Origin: Synechococcus sp. | Lineage (GTDB): Bacteria; Cyanobacteriota; Cyanobacteriia; PCC-6307; Cyanobiaceae | Reading direction: 5' to 3' | NCBI GenBank assembly: GCA_047285805.1 | Contig: JBJBCN010000003.1 | Coordinates: 576,001 to 640,000 of the forward strand | Length of the DNA: 64,000 nt | Shown here: positions 1-10,883 of the stretch, in pieces | Position numbering within the stretch: the stretch's first letter is position 1 | How the letters are laid out: each line of letters begins with the position of its first letter | Translations under genes and position numbers: made by a program | The notes under the pieces: generated by a model | What the model saw: the letters and a program-made list of their open reading frames with translations, nothing else | Databases searched by the model: none | What the model was told of the DNA's origin: nothing

Positions 1-117
1 TATCAGCAAGCCGCCGGTGCTGAAGGTGCCGCCGCTGGTGCCCCTGGCGCTGAGGCCGGCGGTTCCGGTGCGGCCGGCGACGACGTGATCGACGCCGAAT
101 TCACCGAGTCCAAGTAG
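1..117 (+). CDS. dnaK: 3' end of Hsp70 chaperone DnaK (partial, runs off window)
   Basis: Frame 1 reads YQQAAGAEG...GDDVIDAEFTESK*, the typical DnaK C-terminal tail (DDVIDAEF). Confidence 0.9.
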   Translation, partial: YQQAAGAEGAAAGAPGAEAGGSGAAGDDVIDAEFTESK

Positions 118-144
118 TGCTCCGCTCACGCTGGTGAGCCCAGG

Positions 145-172
145 GCCCCCGGTTCCAACCGGGGGCTTTTTT
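145..172 (+). terminator. Intrinsic terminator after dnaK
   Basis: GCCCCCGGTT-CC-AACCGGGGGC inverted repeat followed by TTTTTT. Confidence 0.85.
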
Positions 173-191
173 GTGCCTCGACCCGCGCAGC

Positions 192-214
192 AAAAAGCCC
201 CCCTTGGGGGGCTT
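192..214 (-). terminator. Intrinsic terminator after pstS
   Basis: AAGCCCCCC-TT-GGGGGGCTT inverted repeat with a T-run on the minus strand. Confidence 0.75.
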
Positions 215-231
215 AGGGAGTTGCCCTTGGG

Positions 232-1221
232 TTATTCGCCGATGCTGGCGACAGCGGCCCGCGCCTTCTGCAGCACGTTGGGGGGCAAGCTCACGTAGCC
301 GAGGGCCGGGGCATTGGCTTGGGCGGCGTCGCTCAGGGTGTAGTTGAAAGCCTCCTGCAGACCCTTGAGCTTGTCGCCGTTACCGCTCTTGTAGAGCAGG
401 ATCCAGGTGAAGGTCACGATCGGGTAGCCCGCCTTGGGATTGGGGTTGCTCCCGGTCAGGTTCGTGCCCAGATCGATGCTGCCCAGGGCTTTGGAGGCTT
501 CTTTGGTGGTGGGCTTGGCGTACCTGCCACTGGCGTTCTGCAGGGCAGCCGCCTGCAGATCACCTCGCACATAGGAGCTTTCGACGTAGCCCAGGGCGCC
601 CTTGATCTGCTGTAGGCCGGCGGCCATGCCTTCGTTGCCCTTGGCACCAAGGCCTGTGGGCCATTTGATTGATTTGCCGCTGCCAGGGCCGGCAGCCCAG
701 GCGGGGCTGAAGGCCGAGAGGGACTTGGTGAAGTTGTAGGTCGTGCCCGAACCGTCGGAGCGGTAAACCACCTTGATGGCCTGATCGCTGCAGCCGACGT
801 CGCTGTAGTTGGTGATCTTGCCCTCGAAGATGCTCACCAGCTGCTGCTGGCTGAGCTTCAGTTCACAGCCGGGGTTGTTGTAGGCCACGGCGATCGCACC
901 GGCGGTCATAGGCACCTGTACAGCCCCGCGATTGACAGCGGCGGCATCCGCTTCGCTAAGGGGCTTGTCGCTGGCGGCGAAATCCACTGTCGCAGCCTCG
1001 AACTGGCGAATGCCAGCGCCGGAGCCCACCGATTGGTAGTTGACCTTGACGGAGCCCTTGGCGGCCAGGTCCTGGAACCAGCGCAGGTAGATGGGAGCCG
1101 GGAAGGTTGCGCCGGCCCCCTGGAGGCGCGCGCCGGAGATGTTGCCCCCGGAGCCGCCGCAGGCAGTCAAGGCAATGACTCCAAGGAGGCTGAGCGGTGC
1201 CAGGGTGCGGGAGCGCAGCAT
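232..1221 (-). CDS. pstS: Phosphate ABC transporter substrate-binding lipoprotein
   Basis: Lipobox LTAC; GAGATFPAPIY, YQSVGSGAG, RSDGSGTT motifs. Confidence 0.95.
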   Translation of the reverse strand: MLRSRTLAPLSLLGVIALTACGGSGGNISGARLQGAGATFPAPIYLRWFQDLAAKGSVKVNYQSVGSGAGIRQFEAATVDFAASDKPLSEADAAAVNRGAVQVPMTAGAIAVAYNNPGCELKLSQQQLVSIFEGKITNYSDVGCSDQAIKVVYRSDGSGTTYNFTKSLSAFSPAWAAGPGSGKSIKWPTGLGAKGNEGMAAGLQQIKGALGYVESSYVRGDLQAAALQNASGRYAKPTTKEASKALGSIDLGTNLTGSNPNPKAGYPIVTFTWILLYKSGNGDKLKGLQEAFNYTLSDAAQANAPALGYVSLPPNVLQKARAAVASIGE

Positions 1222-1273
1222 CGTCGGCTGTGGTCGACAAGGGCCCTCAGGCTATATACACACCCATCCGCGG

Positions 1274-2326
1274 TCAGTCCTGGCCGGAGTTCTCGATCTG
1301 ATCGGCGACCCAGGTTGCGCTGGCAGGAGCCAGCAGCACCCCATTGCGGTAGTGCCCACTGGCCAGGAGGAGCCCCGGCTCCAGTTGCTCCAGCAGCGGG
1401 GCCGGCCGGCCGAGGGGGCGGGCCCTGAGGCCCTGCCACTGGCGTAGAACTGTGGCCCGCTTGAGCCATGGCGGCGCCTGGCCGTTGAGCTCCCGCAGGG
1501 CCTGCAGCTCCTGGGGCTGGCCCTGGCGTTGATCGATTTCCACGGTGGCCCCCAGCCATAGGCGGCCTCCGGGCCGAGGCACCAGGTTGATGCCGCTCCA
1601 GCTCAGGCTGCCCGGCCAGTTGCTGGGGCCCTGAGCCCCCTCGGCGAGTTGCAGCTCCAGGGCTTGGCCCAGCACGGGAAGTTGGGGGCGCTCATGGCCC
1701 AGGGGCTCCAACAGCGCTGAACTGCCCAGGCCGGCACAGAGCACCGCCCATTCAAAGTTCCCCGCGTCTTTGCTAACGCAGCGCACGCGCCAGCGGCCAG
1801 CGTCGCCCCGCTCCAGGCCGTCCACTCTTGAGGGGTTCAGCGCGAGCCCGAGGCGTTCCCCATCGGCGAGCAGGGCCCGCATGGCGGGAATGGGATCGAG
1901 TTGTCCGTCTTCGGGGGAGAGCAGTCCCCCCAGGCACGGTTGGGGAATCAGCGGCCTGAGCTGCTCCAGTTCAGTGGCCTCGAGCAAGCGCAGGTCTTCA
2001 CGCTGACCCGCCAGCTGGGCTTGGGCCTCCTGCTCGGGTGCGTTACTGGCCAGTTGCAGCAGACCCGGACGGAAGGGCAGGTCATGGCCCCGCTGCTGAA
2101 GGGTCTCGCGCCATTGGCGCCAGAGGGTGTGGGACTGCTGCCGCAGCTTCCAACCTCGGCCACGGCTGCGGCGAAAGACGCGGGTCATCAACAGGCCTAG
2201 GGCTGCGCTGCTGCCCGCGTTCTCGGTCTGTGCCTGCCGCAGTTGGGGGTCAAAGATCGTGACCTGGTGGCCAATCCGCTGCAGGTGCCAAGCCACAGAA
2301 AAGCCCACCACACCTGCTCCGATCAC
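1274..2326 (-). CDS. FAD-dependent oxidoreductase (DAO/glycine oxidase family)
   Basis: GAGVVG dinucleotide-binding motif; C-terminal GHYRNGVLLAP. Confidence 0.85.
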   Translation of the reverse strand: MIGAGVVGFSVAWHLQRIGHQVTIFDPQLRQAQTENAGSSAALGLLMTRVFRRSRGRGWKLRQQSHTLWRQWRETLQQRGHDLPFRPGLLQLASNAPEQEAQAQLAGQREDLRLLEATELEQLRPLIPQPCLGGLLSPEDGQLDPIPAMRALLADGERLGLALNPSRVDGLERGDAGRWRVRCVSKDAGNFEWAVLCAGLGSSALLEPLGHERPQLPVLGQALELQLAEGAQGPSNWPGSLSWSGINLVPRPGGRLWLGATVEIDQRQGQPQELQALRELNGQAPPWLKRATVLRQWQGLRARPLGRPAPLLEQLEPGLLLASGHYRNGVLLAPASATWVADQIENSGQD

Positions 2327-2370
2327 GCAGATCGAGGAGGGCCGGCGGGTGGGCAGGGGGTTCAGCGGAT

Positions 2371-2856
2371 TCAGATCTGCTTGAGGTCGGACTGAACTTG
2401 CTCAGGAAGGATCTGGGCATAACGGCCGAAACCGCTGGCGACCTTGATGTAGGACTTGCTCAGATTGTTGGCGTCCTGCAGACGGGCGGCTTCGTCGAGG
2501 TCGGCGAGGGCGGCCTTCAGATCAGTGGCCAGCTTGGTGGCCTCGGCGCGGTCGCCGGGCAGCAGGCGCTGGTTTATGTACAGCATCTCGCGGCCCACTT
2601 CCTGCATGGGGCCGTGGATCAGGTTGCGGGTGAAGACCCAGTTGCGCTCGTTCACCAGGGTGGCTAGCTCGGGCAGGCGGTTGCGGGCGGCGAGGAAGCC
2701 TTCGGCCTGGCGCTCGATCACGGTGATGTCGTCAGCACTCAAGGTGGGGGCCTTTGCCTTGGCTCCACCACAGGCGGTCAGGCCAAAGCTGATCACCAGA
2801 GCGAGAGCCGCCAGGGCCAGTCGCCGCAGGCCGGAATAGAGCTGTTGAGCCGCCAT
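2371..2856 (-). CDS. psbQ: Photosystem II extrinsic lipoprotein PsbQ (CyanoQ)
   Basis: Lipobox LTAC; NWVFTRNLIHGPMQEVGREM motif; start chosen at MAAQQ. Confidence 0.9.
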   Translation of the reverse strand: MAAQQLYSGLRRLALAALALVISFGLTACGGAKAKAPTLSADDITVIERQAEGFLAARNRLPELATLVNERNWVFTRNLIHGPMQEVGREMLYINQRLLPGDRAEATKLATDLKAALADLDEAARLQDANNLSKSYIKVASGFGRYAQILPEQVQSDLKQI

Positions 2857-2974
2857 CGTTGCTGAACTTGGTTGCGCGACTTTACCCAGGGCTACAGGTC
2901 TAGGAGCACTGCATAACGAGCTGCAACGGCTGGAACGGCAGAATTCAGAACTCGACGGGCTTTGACGCCATTTC

Positions 2975-3847
2975 ATGACGGCTGCCACCGCCATCCTTCA
3001 GATGATTTGCCCGGATCAGCCTGGGCTTGTGCGGGAGCTCTCCGGTTGGGTGGCGGGCAACGGCGGCAACATCGTCCACGCCGACCACCACAGCGACCAA
3101 GGGGCGGGCTTGTTCCTCAGTCGCATTGAGTGGCAGCTCGAGGGCTTCGGTCTGCCCCGGGAAGCGATTGCCCCGGCAGCGGCGTCCCTGGCGGAGCGCC
3201 TCGGCGGTGAACAGACGGTCACCTTTTCCGATCAGCGTCCGGCGGTGGCGATCTTCGTCAGCAAGCAGGACCACTGTTTGTTGGATCTGCTCTGGCGAGT
3301 GCGCACGGGCGAGTTGCCAATGCGGGTACCGCTGGTGGTCTCCAACCATCCGGATCTGGGTTCGATCGCCGAGGAGTTCGGCGCCCAGTTCGTTCATGTG
3401 CCGATCAGCAACGCCAACCGCGCCGAGGCGGAGGCCCGTCATCTCGAGTTGCTGGCGGAGAACGGCATCGAGTTGGTGATCCTGGCCAAGTACATGCAGG
3501 TCCTCACCCCTACCTTCCTAGCGGCCTTTGACCCCCGGGATGCGTTCCATCGGGTGATCAATATCCACCACTCCTTCCTGCCGGCCTTCATGGGGGCACA
3601 GCCCTATCACCGGGCCTGGGAGCGGGGCGTGAAATTGATCGGCGCCACCGGGCACTACGTTACCGCCGAGCTGGATGCGGGCCCGATCATTGCCCAGTCC
3701 ACCGTTAATGTGAGTCATCGCGATGAGGTTGAAGATCTCATTCGCAAAGGCCGCGACACCGAACGTCTGGCCTTGGCACGGGCGGTGCGCTTGCATCTGA
3801 AACGACAAGTGATGGTCTACCGCGGCCGTACGGCGGTGTTCGCATGA
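2975..3847 (+). CDS. purU: Formyltetrahydrofolate deformylase
   Basis: N-terminal ACT domain (CPDQPGLV); INIHHSFLPAF and GVKLIGATGHYVTAELDAGPII. Confidence 0.95.
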   Translation: MTAATAILQMICPDQPGLVRELSGWVAGNGGNIVHADHHSDQGAGLFLSRIEWQLEGFGLPREAIAPAAASLAERLGGEQTVTFSDQRPAVAIFVSKQDHCLLDLLWRVRTGELPMRVPLVVSNHPDLGSIAEEFGAQFVHVPISNANRAEAEARHLELLAENGIELVILAKYMQVLTPTFLAAFDPRDAFHRVINIHHSFLPAFMGAQPYHRAWERGVKLIGATGHYVTAELDAGPIIAQSTVNVSHRDEVEDLIRKGRDTERLALARAVRLHLKRQVMVYRGRTAVFA

Positions 3848-5136
3848 CCAAGCTCTGGCGCAGGCCGCTGCACGCCGGTTTGGAGTTGCTGGATCGGGAG
3901 CAGCCGGCGGCGGCGACCCCCTTGGGCTGGCGCTGTTTCCAGGTCGCCCTCCTGCTCCTGCCGGCCAGTGCCCTGTTGGCGGGACTGCTGCTGTTTGTGG
4001 CCTTGGTCCTGGGGAGCCGTCAGCCGACGGCTTGGCGGGACGACCTGGTCAATTGGTGGCTGGGGGGCATTGGCCTCTGGATGGTGCTGGGCTGCTTGAC
4101 GGCCTCCAGCGGTTGGCTGGCTTGGGTCGGTTTGGGCAATTGGCTGCCCTTTTTCTGGGCGTTTTGGGGGTTTCAGCCCTACCTGACGACGCCCGAGGCC
4201 CGGCGCAGGGTGGCCCTGTGGCTCGTGGCGGGAACCGTGCCGGTGCTGGGCACCGGCTTTGGTCAAATGGTGCTCGGCTGGAGCGGCCCTTACGAATTAC
4301 TGGGTGGGGCGATCGTCTGGTGGATCCGCGGCGGCGGCAATCCGCCCGGTCGGCTCTCGGGTCTGTTTGATTACGCAAATATCACGGCGGCTTGGCTGGC
4401 CTTGAGCTGGCCGCTGGTGCTGGCGGCCTTTCTGCAGCACTGCCGCCGCTGGCGCTCTGGCCCCGTGGCCTTTGGGCTCTGGGGCATCAGCTTTGCCCTG
4501 GTGGTGACCCAGGTGGCGGAGATGCTGGCCACCGACTCCCGCAATGGCTGGGGCGCCCTGGTCTTGGCGGTCCCGATCGTGCTTGGCCCGGGCCGCTGGA
4601 TTTGGCTGGTGCCCCTGATCCTGCTGGCACTGCTTCCCGTCGCCTTGGCCACCTTGCCGGGGGTGCCCTCGGTGATTCAGGCGCCCCTGAGGGAGATCGT
4701 CCCCCAGTCGATTTGGGGCCGCTTGAACGATTTCAACTCCCATGGGGAGCGGCCCTTGGCCCTCACCCGCCTCAGTCAGTGGGGCACGGCCGTGGGGCTT
4801 GTCGGTGAGCGCCCTTGGCTGGGTTGGGGGGCGGCGGCCTTCAGCGTGATCTATCCCCTGCGTACGGGCCATTGGCATGGCCACCCCCACAACATCGCCT
4901 TGGACCTGGCATTGAGCCATGGCCTGCTGGTGGCTGTTGGCCTGGTGGGCTTGGTGCTCTGGCTCTTGATCCGCGGCGTGAGGCTCGGGATGGCCAGTGG
5001 CGCACTGTTTGAGCGGGCCTGGTGGGCCGCAGCCCTTCTGCTTGTGGTTCTGCACGCCACAGACATTCCGATGTACGACAGCCGACTGAACATCGCCGGT
5101 TGGATTCTCTTGGCGGGCTTGCGCTGCCGCCGTTAG
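3844..5136 (+). CDS. O-antigen ligase / IctB-like polytopic membrane protein
   Basis: Many TM segments; TDSRNGW, RPWLGWG and HPHN motifs. Confidence 0.8.
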   Translation: MTKLWRRPLHAGLELLDREQPAAATPLGWRCFQVALLLLPASALLAGLLLFVALVLGSRQPTAWRDDLVNWWLGGIGLWMVLGCLTASSGWLAWVGLGNWLPFFWAFWGFQPYLTTPEARRRVALWLVAGTVPVLGTGFGQMVLGWSGPYELLGGAIVWWIRGGGNPPGRLSGLFDYANITAAWLALSWPLVLAAFLQHCRRWRSGPVAFGLWGISFALVVTQVAEMLATDSRNGWGALVLAVPIVLGPGRWIWLVPLILLALLPVALATLPGVPSVIQAPLREIVPQSIWGRLNDFNSHGERPLALTRLSQWGTAVGLVGERPWLGWGAAAFSVIYPLRTGHWHGHPHNIALDLALSHGLLVAVGLVGLVLWLLIRGVRLGMASGALFERAWWAAALLLVVLHATDIPMYDSRLNIAGWILLAGLRCRR

Positions 5137-6719
5137 GTCAAGGCTTCGTCGTGGTGCTTCAGCAGAGTGGCCTTGGGCAGCGGACCCTTCAGGTGCTCCC
5201 AGGGCAGGATCCGATCCGCCTCCCAACCACAGTGGATCACGTCCTCCCAGGGGGGGAGGGGCGTCTCGGCTTCGCGGTAGGCCTGCTTCCAGCCGCCGAG
5301 TTTTTCGTGGCGGCCGCGCACAGCGGCGATCACCGGGGCCAGGCGCCGGTCGCTGCGCGAGAGCAGCGCCTGAATCACGCTCCAGCCGTAGCTCTCGGGG
5401 CGTAGGTCGATGCCCTTGGGCTTGAGCCGCTTGGCCAGCAGCTTCAGCCGTTTCTCGGCTTCCGGGCGGACGCCCTGCCATTGGAAGGGGGTGTGGGCCT
5501 TGGGCACAAAGGTGCTGACCCCCAGGGACAGGCGCAGGCCTGGGGTGGCTTTTTTGAGCTGGAGTAAGAGGTCGGCGGTCGCCTCGATGTCCTCCTCGCT
5601 TTCCGAGGGCAGGCCGGCCATGCCGTATAGCTTCAGGCCGCTGAGACCACCTTCTTTGGCGTAGCGGGCCGCGGCATAGATCTCCTCGGTGGCCAGCTTT
5701 TTGTTGACTACCTCGCGCATGCGCTCGCTGCCGCTTTCGATGGCGATTGTCAGGGACTTGCTGCCGCGTTTCGCCAGGATGCGCCCGAGCTCGGGGGTGA
5801 CGGTGGCGGCCCGCACCGAGCTGACGCTGACTCGGGTGTCCTCAAAGCGGTCCTGATCGAGCCAATGCAGCAGGTCGCTGAATTGGGGGTGCTGGGTGAC
5901 GGATGCCCCCAATAAGCCCAAGCGTTCGGTGGCCCCCAGGCCCTTCTCCACGGCCGGGATCAGCCCGTCATCGAGGCTAGGGGTTCGGAAGGGCAGGGTG
6001 AGGTAGCTGGCCAGGCAGAAGCGGCAGAGCTCCGGGCAGCTGCGCACCACCTCGACCATGTGAATGGAGGGCCAGGCCGCCTCCGGGGTGATCACCGTGG
6101 AGTGGCTCAGAGTGTTGCCGCGCCAGGTCTGCTTCTCAATGGTTTCGGGAATGCCGGCCTCGATTGGTTCGATCGCCAGCAGGTCGCCGCCCTCGCCGTA
6201 GCGGGGGGCGTAGAGCGACGGGATATAGATACCGGGCACCGCCGCCAGGCGCTGCAGGCGTTCGTGGCGCGGCGCGGTTTTGCACTCCTGCAGGGCATCG
6301 ATAAACGCCGGCAGCAGCAGTTCGCCATCGCCGAGCAGCACCGCATCAAAGAAGGGGGCTAGGGGCTCGGGGTTGGCAGTCAGTACCGGCCCCCCGCCGA
6401 AGACGATGGGATCGTTGTCGTCGCGCTCGCTCGCCCAGATCGGGATGCGCTGTTTCTCCAGCAGATCCAGCAGCACCGGCCCGTCGAGTTCCCAACTCAG
6501 GGACAGGCCAAAGAGGTCGCAGTGGCGGTGCTGCGGATCGCCCTGGTCGGTGAACAGCCGCCGCACGTCCACATCGGCGCGCTGGGCCAAGGTCGCCCAG
6601 ACCACCTGATAGCCGAGGCTCGTGATCCCCACGGTGTAGGTGCTGGGGAAGGCCAAGACCGCCCGAAGGGCACCGTGCTGCGCAGCAGCTGGCTCAAACA
6701 GCAGGGTTTCTTGGTTCAA
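5133..6719 (-). CDS. B12-binding-domain-type radical SAM protein
   Basis: CPELCRFC (CxxxCxxC); FVPKAHTPFQW. Confidence 0.85.
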   Translation of the reverse strand: MNQETLLFEPAAAQHGALRAVLAFPSTYTVGITSLGYQVVWATLAQRADVDVRRLFTDQGDPQHRHCDLFGLSLSWELDGPVLLDLLEKQRIPIWASERDDNDPIVFGGGPVLTANPEPLAPFFDAVLLGDGELLLPAFIDALQECKTAPRHERLQRLAAVPGIYIPSLYAPRYGEGGDLLAIEPIEAGIPETIEKQTWRGNTLSHSTVITPEAAWPSIHMVEVVRSCPELCRFCLASYLTLPFRTPSLDDGLIPAVEKGLGATERLGLLGASVTQHPQFSDLLHWLDQDRFEDTRVSVSSVRAATVTPELGRILAKRGSKSLTIAIESGSERMREVVNKKLATEEIYAAARYAKEGGLSGLKLYGMAGLPSESEEDIEATADLLLQLKKATPGLRLSLGVSTFVPKAHTPFQWQGVRPEAEKRLKLLAKRLKPKGIDLRPESYGWSVIQALLSRSDRRLAPVIAAVRGRHEKLGGWKQAYREAETPLPPWEDVIHCGWEADRILPWEHLKGPLPKATLLKHHDEALT

Positions 6720-8125
6720 AGATCCCTGGGGCTGAGCGGTGTGCCCGGCAATTTCATCTCCCCTTGGGTGTTCGTCGCACTGCTCTGCAGGGCAAGCTGC
6801 CGCTGGTAGATCGAGTGCTCGTGGGTGATCCGCGAGATCACGAAGCTGACCACCGCGCAGACAAACAGCGGCTTGAGGATCAGCAGGTCCTTGGTCAGGG
6901 CAAAAACTAGGAAAACCGCCGTGATCGGTGTGCGGGAGCAGGCCGCGATGAAGGCCGCCATCCCCGCAAAGACGTAGGTGCTGGGGGCATGGCCGGAGAG
7001 ATGTTCGGCGATGCCCGCGGCGGTGAGCCCCAGGGCCCCGCCCAGGGTCAGCATCGGCGCAAAAAGGCCCCCCGGCGCTCCAGTGGCGGCGGCTAGGCCC
7101 GTGGCAAAAAACAGCAGCGTGAAGATTCCCACGGCTTTGCTGAGTTCCACGTGGCCGTCCACAATGGCGTGCTGAAGAGCTGCGTTGTTGCGGAAATCAG
7201 ACGGAAGGGCGGCATAGAGGCAGCCCAAGGCGATGCCCCCCAGCAACATCCGCACCACGATCTTCCCGGAGAAGAAGCGTTGGCCAAGGGATTGCATCCG
7301 GACCACATAGCGGGTGTACAGCTCGGCGAGCAGCCCCACCACGATTCCCAAGACGACCAAATAGATCAGGTCCTTGGGTAGGAACTGAATATCCATTTGG
7401 TACTCGCTGCTGACCTGGAACCCCCGTTGGCCCAGGCCAGCGCTTTGCTGGCCGAAGCCAGCCAGACCCATCACATCGGCCCAGAAGCTGCCGGCGAAGG
7501 CCGTGCCAAGCACCAGCAACAGCAGGATGGGACCGGATTTCCGCAGCAGCTCTTCAATCGCGTAGAAGAAGCCCCCCAGGGGTGCGTGGAAGACCGCTGC
7601 AATGCCCGCGCCGCCGCCGGCCGCCACGATCACCCGCAGCAAAGAGGGGGGCGCCTTGAACCAGCGGGCCATCTGCCAGCCCACGGAACTGCCCATCTGA
7701 ACGGCAGGACCTTCCGGGCCGAGCGGGAAGCCACTGCCGATGGCCAGGATCCCGGCCAGCAGTTTGATGATGGCCACCTGCAGGTTCATCGGCAGGCTCT
7801 GGCGCGAGAGGAAACGCATCACCTGCGGGATTCCCGAGCCGGCTGCCGTCGGTGCCAGGGTGCTGATCAGCACGGCCGAGAGCAGGCCGCCGAGTCCCCC
7901 CATGAAAGGCAGCACCAGCCAGGGGCTGGCTGTCTCGAGCAGGCCCAGGCGCCAGCTGCTTAGCCAGCCCACTCCGGTCTTGAACAGCAGGCCCGCCGCA
8001 GCGGCCCCGAGGCCGGTGACTATGAGGGTGAGAACGACCGACGGCCAGCGCTGCTGGACCATCCGCTCGAGGTTGCGGCTGGTCCTCCAGGACTGCAGTT
8101 CCAGCTTCAGGCCGTGGGTCTGCAC
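6716..8125 (-). CDS. ClC family Cl-/H+ antiporter
   Basis: GSGIP, GPEGP and GLFAP ClC signature motifs. Confidence 0.9.
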   Translation of the reverse strand: MQTHGLKLELQSWRTSRNLERMVQQRWPSVVLTLIVTGLGAAAAGLLFKTGVGWLSSWRLGLLETASPWLVLPFMGGLGGLLSAVLISTLAPTAAGSGIPQVMRFLSRQSLPMNLQVAIIKLLAGILAIGSGFPLGPEGPAVQMGSSVGWQMARWFKAPPSLLRVIVAAGGGAGIAAVFHAPLGGFFYAIEELLRKSGPILLLLVLGTAFAGSFWADVMGLAGFGQQSAGLGQRGFQVSSEYQMDIQFLPKDLIYLVVLGIVVGLLAELYTRYVVRMQSLGQRFFSGKIVVRMLLGGIALGCLYAALPSDFRNNAALQHAIVDGHVELSKAVGIFTLLFFATGLAAATGAPGGLFAPMLTLGGALGLTAAGIAEHLSGHAPSTYVFAGMAAFIAACSRTPITAVFLVFALTKDLLILKPLFVCAVVSFVISRITHEHSIYQRQLALQSSATNTQGEMKLPGTPLSPRDL

Positions 8126-8130
8126 GACGC

Positions 8131-10746
8131 TTAGACCCCTGCCAGCACTTTCGCCTCGTCGTCGCTACTGACCACGCGACCGCTGTCCTCAAAGCCTTCG
8201 ATCTGATCGAAGTTCAGGTAGCGGTAGAGCTCAGCGCCCTTGGGATCGATCTTGTCCGCGGCGATGGCCAGGTACTGCTCCTTGGTCGGGAGCCGGCCCA
8301 GCTGGGCGCAGACCGCCGCCAGCTCCGCGCTGCCGAGATACACCTGAGCGCCGTTGCCGAGGCGGTTGTTGAAGTTGCGGGTGCTCGTCGAGAACACCGC
8401 CGTGTTGTCCTCGACGCGGGCCTGGTTGCCCATGCATAGGGAGCAGCCGGGCATCTCCATGCGGGAGCCGGCCTTCTCGAAGATCCCGTAGTAGCCCTCC
8501 TGCTTCAGCACCTCCTCGTCCATCCGGGTGGGTGGGCAGACCCAGAGGCGGGCCGTGTTCTCCCCTTGGCCCTCCAGAACGGTGGCGGCGGCGCGGTAGT
8601 GGCCGATGTTGGTCATGCAGGAACCGATGAACACCTCATCGATCTGTCCCCCGGCCACATCGGAGAGGGTTTTGACGTTGTCGGGGTCGTTTGGGCAAGC
8701 CAGGATCGGTTCGGTGATCTCAGCGAGGTTGATCTCGATCACCGCGGCGTACTCCGCGTCGGCGTCGGCCTCCATCAGGACGGGATTGGCCAGCCATTCC
8801 TCCATGGCCTTGATCCGGCGGGCCAGGGTGCGGGCATCGCTATAGCCCCGAGCAATCATGTTTTTCAGTAGCGCTACGTTGCTGCGCAGATACTCGCTGA
8901 CGGTCTCCACCGAGAGCTTGATTGTGCTGCCGGCGCAGGAACGCTCGGCCGTGGCGTCGGTCAGCTCGAAGGCTTGCTCCAGCTTCAGATCGGGCAGGCC
9001 CTCGATCTCCATGATCCGGCCGCTGAAGATGTTCTTCTTGCCGGCCTTCTCCACGGTGAGCAGCCCCTGCTGGATGGCCACGTAGGGGATGGCATTGACC
9101 ACATCCCGCAGGGTGACGCCTGGTTGCAGGGCGCCGGAGAACTTCACGAGCACTGACTCGGGCATGTCCAGAGGCATGGCGCCGATTGCGGCAGCGAAGG
9201 CCACCAGGCCGGAGCCGGCGGGGAAGGAAATGCCGAGGGGGAAGCGGGTGTGGCTGTCACCGCCGGTGCCCACGGTGTCGGGCAGCAGCATCCGGTTCAG
9301 CCAGCTGTGGATGATGCCGTCGCCGGGGCGCAGGGCCACGCCACCGCGGGAGCTGATGAAGTCGGGCAGCTCGGCGTGGGTCTTCAGGTCCACCGGCTTG
9401 GGGTAGGCCGCGGTGTGGCAGAAGCTCTGCATCACCAGATCCGCGGAGAAGCCCAGGCAGGCCAGCTCCTTCATCTCGTCGCGGGTCATCGGCCCGGTAG
9501 TGTCCTGGGAGCCGACGGTGGTCATCAGAGGCTCGCAGCTGGTGCCCGGGCGCACTCCCTTCAGGCCGCAGGCCTTGCCGACCATCTTTTGGGCCAAGGT
9601 GAAGCCCTTACCGCTGTCCGCAGGGGCGCTGGGGCGGATGAACAGGTCGCTGGCGGGCAGGCCCAGTTGGACCCGCACCTTGTCGGTCAGGGCGCGGCCT
9701 ATCATCAGGGGGATGCGGCCGCCGGCACGTACCTCATCGGTGATCGTGCTGGGCTTGAGCTCAAAGCGAGCCACCACTTCGCCAGCATCGGCTTCACCGG
9801 CGGCCCGTTCGATCGTCCCGGCGTAGGGGCGGATTGTGATGACATCGCCTGAGTTGAGGGCGGTCACATCGCACTCGATCGGCAGGGCGCCGGAATCCTC
9901 CGCGGTGTTGAAGAAGATCGGGGCGATCTTGCCGCCGAGCACCACGCCACCGCTGCGCTTGTTGGGCACGTGGGGAATGTCGGTGCCGGTGTGCCAGAGC
10001 ACCGAGTTGATGGCGGATTTGCGGGAGCTGCCGGTGCCTACCACGTCGCCCACGTAGGCCACCGGATGGCCCTTCTGCTTGAGTTCAGCGATCAGGTCCA
10101 GACCACCGGGCATCCGGGTCTCGAGCATCGCCGTGGCGTGCAGCGGGATGTCCGGGCGGGTGGTGGCGTGTGTCGCGGGGGAAAGGTCGTCAGTGTTGGT
10201 CTCGCCTTCCACCTTGAAGACCGTGACCGTGATCTTGGCGGGCAGCTCGGGCTTGGCCGTGAACCATTCGGCATTGGCCCAGCTGTCGATCACCCGCTTG
10301 GCTTGGGCATTGCTGGAGGCCAACTCGAGGACGTCGTTGTACGCGTCGTAGACGAGCAGGGTGCGGCTGAGGCCCGTTGCGGCAGCTTCGGCGATGGCGG
10401 CGTCCCCATGGGAGAGCAGCTCGATCAGGGCGCCGACGTTGTAACCGCCGATCATCGTGGCCAGCAGCTGGACCGCCTCCACGGGCTGGACCAGGGGGCT
10501 GCTTGTTTTGCCCTGGGCCACGGCACTAAGCCAGTCGGCTTTGACATAGGCCGCCTCATCCACCCCCGGGGGGATGCGCTCGGAGAAGAGATGCAGCAAA
10601 AACTGCTCTTCACCGGCGGGAGGTGCCTGGAGCAGTTCAGTCAGGGACTGGGTATCGGCGGCTGTCAGCGGCAGGGCGGGGACTCCTTGGGCTTCTCGCT
10701 CCGCAGCGGCTGCGCGGTAGTCGGCAAGGAAGCTGCTGGCAGACAT
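8131..10746 (-). CDS. acnB: Aconitate hydratase 2
   Basis: [29 protein letters not shown] and GCSLCMGNQ motifs; start chosen at MSASS. Confidence 0.97.
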   Translation of the reverse strand: MSASSFLADYRAAAAEREAQGVPALPLTAADTQSLTELLQAPPAGEEQFLLHLFSERIPPGVDEAAYVKADWLSAVAQGKTSSPLVQPVEAVQLLATMIGGYNVGALIELLSHGDAAIAEAAATGLSRTLLVYDAYNDVLELASSNAQAKRVIDSWANAEWFTAKPELPAKITVTVFKVEGETNTDDLSPATHATTRPDIPLHATAMLETRMPGGLDLIAELKQKGHPVAYVGDVVGTGSSRKSAINSVLWHTGTDIPHVPNKRSGGVVLGGKIAPIFFNTAEDSGALPIECDVTALNSGDVITIRPYAGTIERAAGEADAGEVVARFELKPSTITDEVRAGGRIPLMIGRALTDKVRVQLGLPASDLFIRPSAPADSGKGFTLAQKMVGKACGLKGVRPGTSCEPLMTTVGSQDTTGPMTRDEMKELACLGFSADLVMQSFCHTAAYPKPVDLKTHAELPDFISSRGGVALRPGDGIIHSWLNRMLLPDTVGTGGDSHTRFPLGISFPAGSGLVAFAAAIGAMPLDMPESVLVKFSGALQPGVTLRDVVNAIPYVAIQQGLLTVEKAGKKNIFSGRIMEIEGLPDLKLEQAFELTDATAERSCAGSTIKLSVETVSEYLRSNVALLKNMIARGYSDARTLARRIKAMEEWLANPVLMEADADAEYAAVIEINLAEITEPILACPNDPDNVKTLSDVAGGQIDEVFIGSCMTNIGHYRAAATVLEGQGENTARLWVCPPTRMDEEVLKQEGYYGIFEKAGSRMEMPGCSLCMGNQARVEDNTAVFSTSTRNFNNRLGNGAQVYLGSAELAAVCAQLGRLPTKEQYLAIAADKIDPKGAELYRYLNFDQIEGFEDSGRVVSSDDEAKVLAGV

Positions 10747-10883
10747 CGGCGCTGGAACCCGGGGGGCTCTCGATCGGTGGACGTCTGACCATTCTTCTTT
10801 GCCGCCGGTCCCCCCCGTTGTGACGAACGATGCGACTGGGCTTTTAGGGTGGGTTGTTCCGAGCCCCTTGGATGGTTGCCGGC

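Noticed and set aside
890..897. HIP1 (GCGATCGC) over-representation
   Set aside because: Only scattered copies noticed (for example 890, about 17452, about 27812); no evident enrichment
1222..1273. Pho box upstream of pstS
   Set aside because: No tandem PyTTAAPyPy-type repeats in the 52-bp spacer
4297..5481. Long antisense or alternative-frame ORFs (for example 4297-5481, 10665-11813, 23869-25020, 44554-45858, 55289-56146)
   Set aside because: Shadow ORFs of GC-rich real genes, with no recognisable motifs
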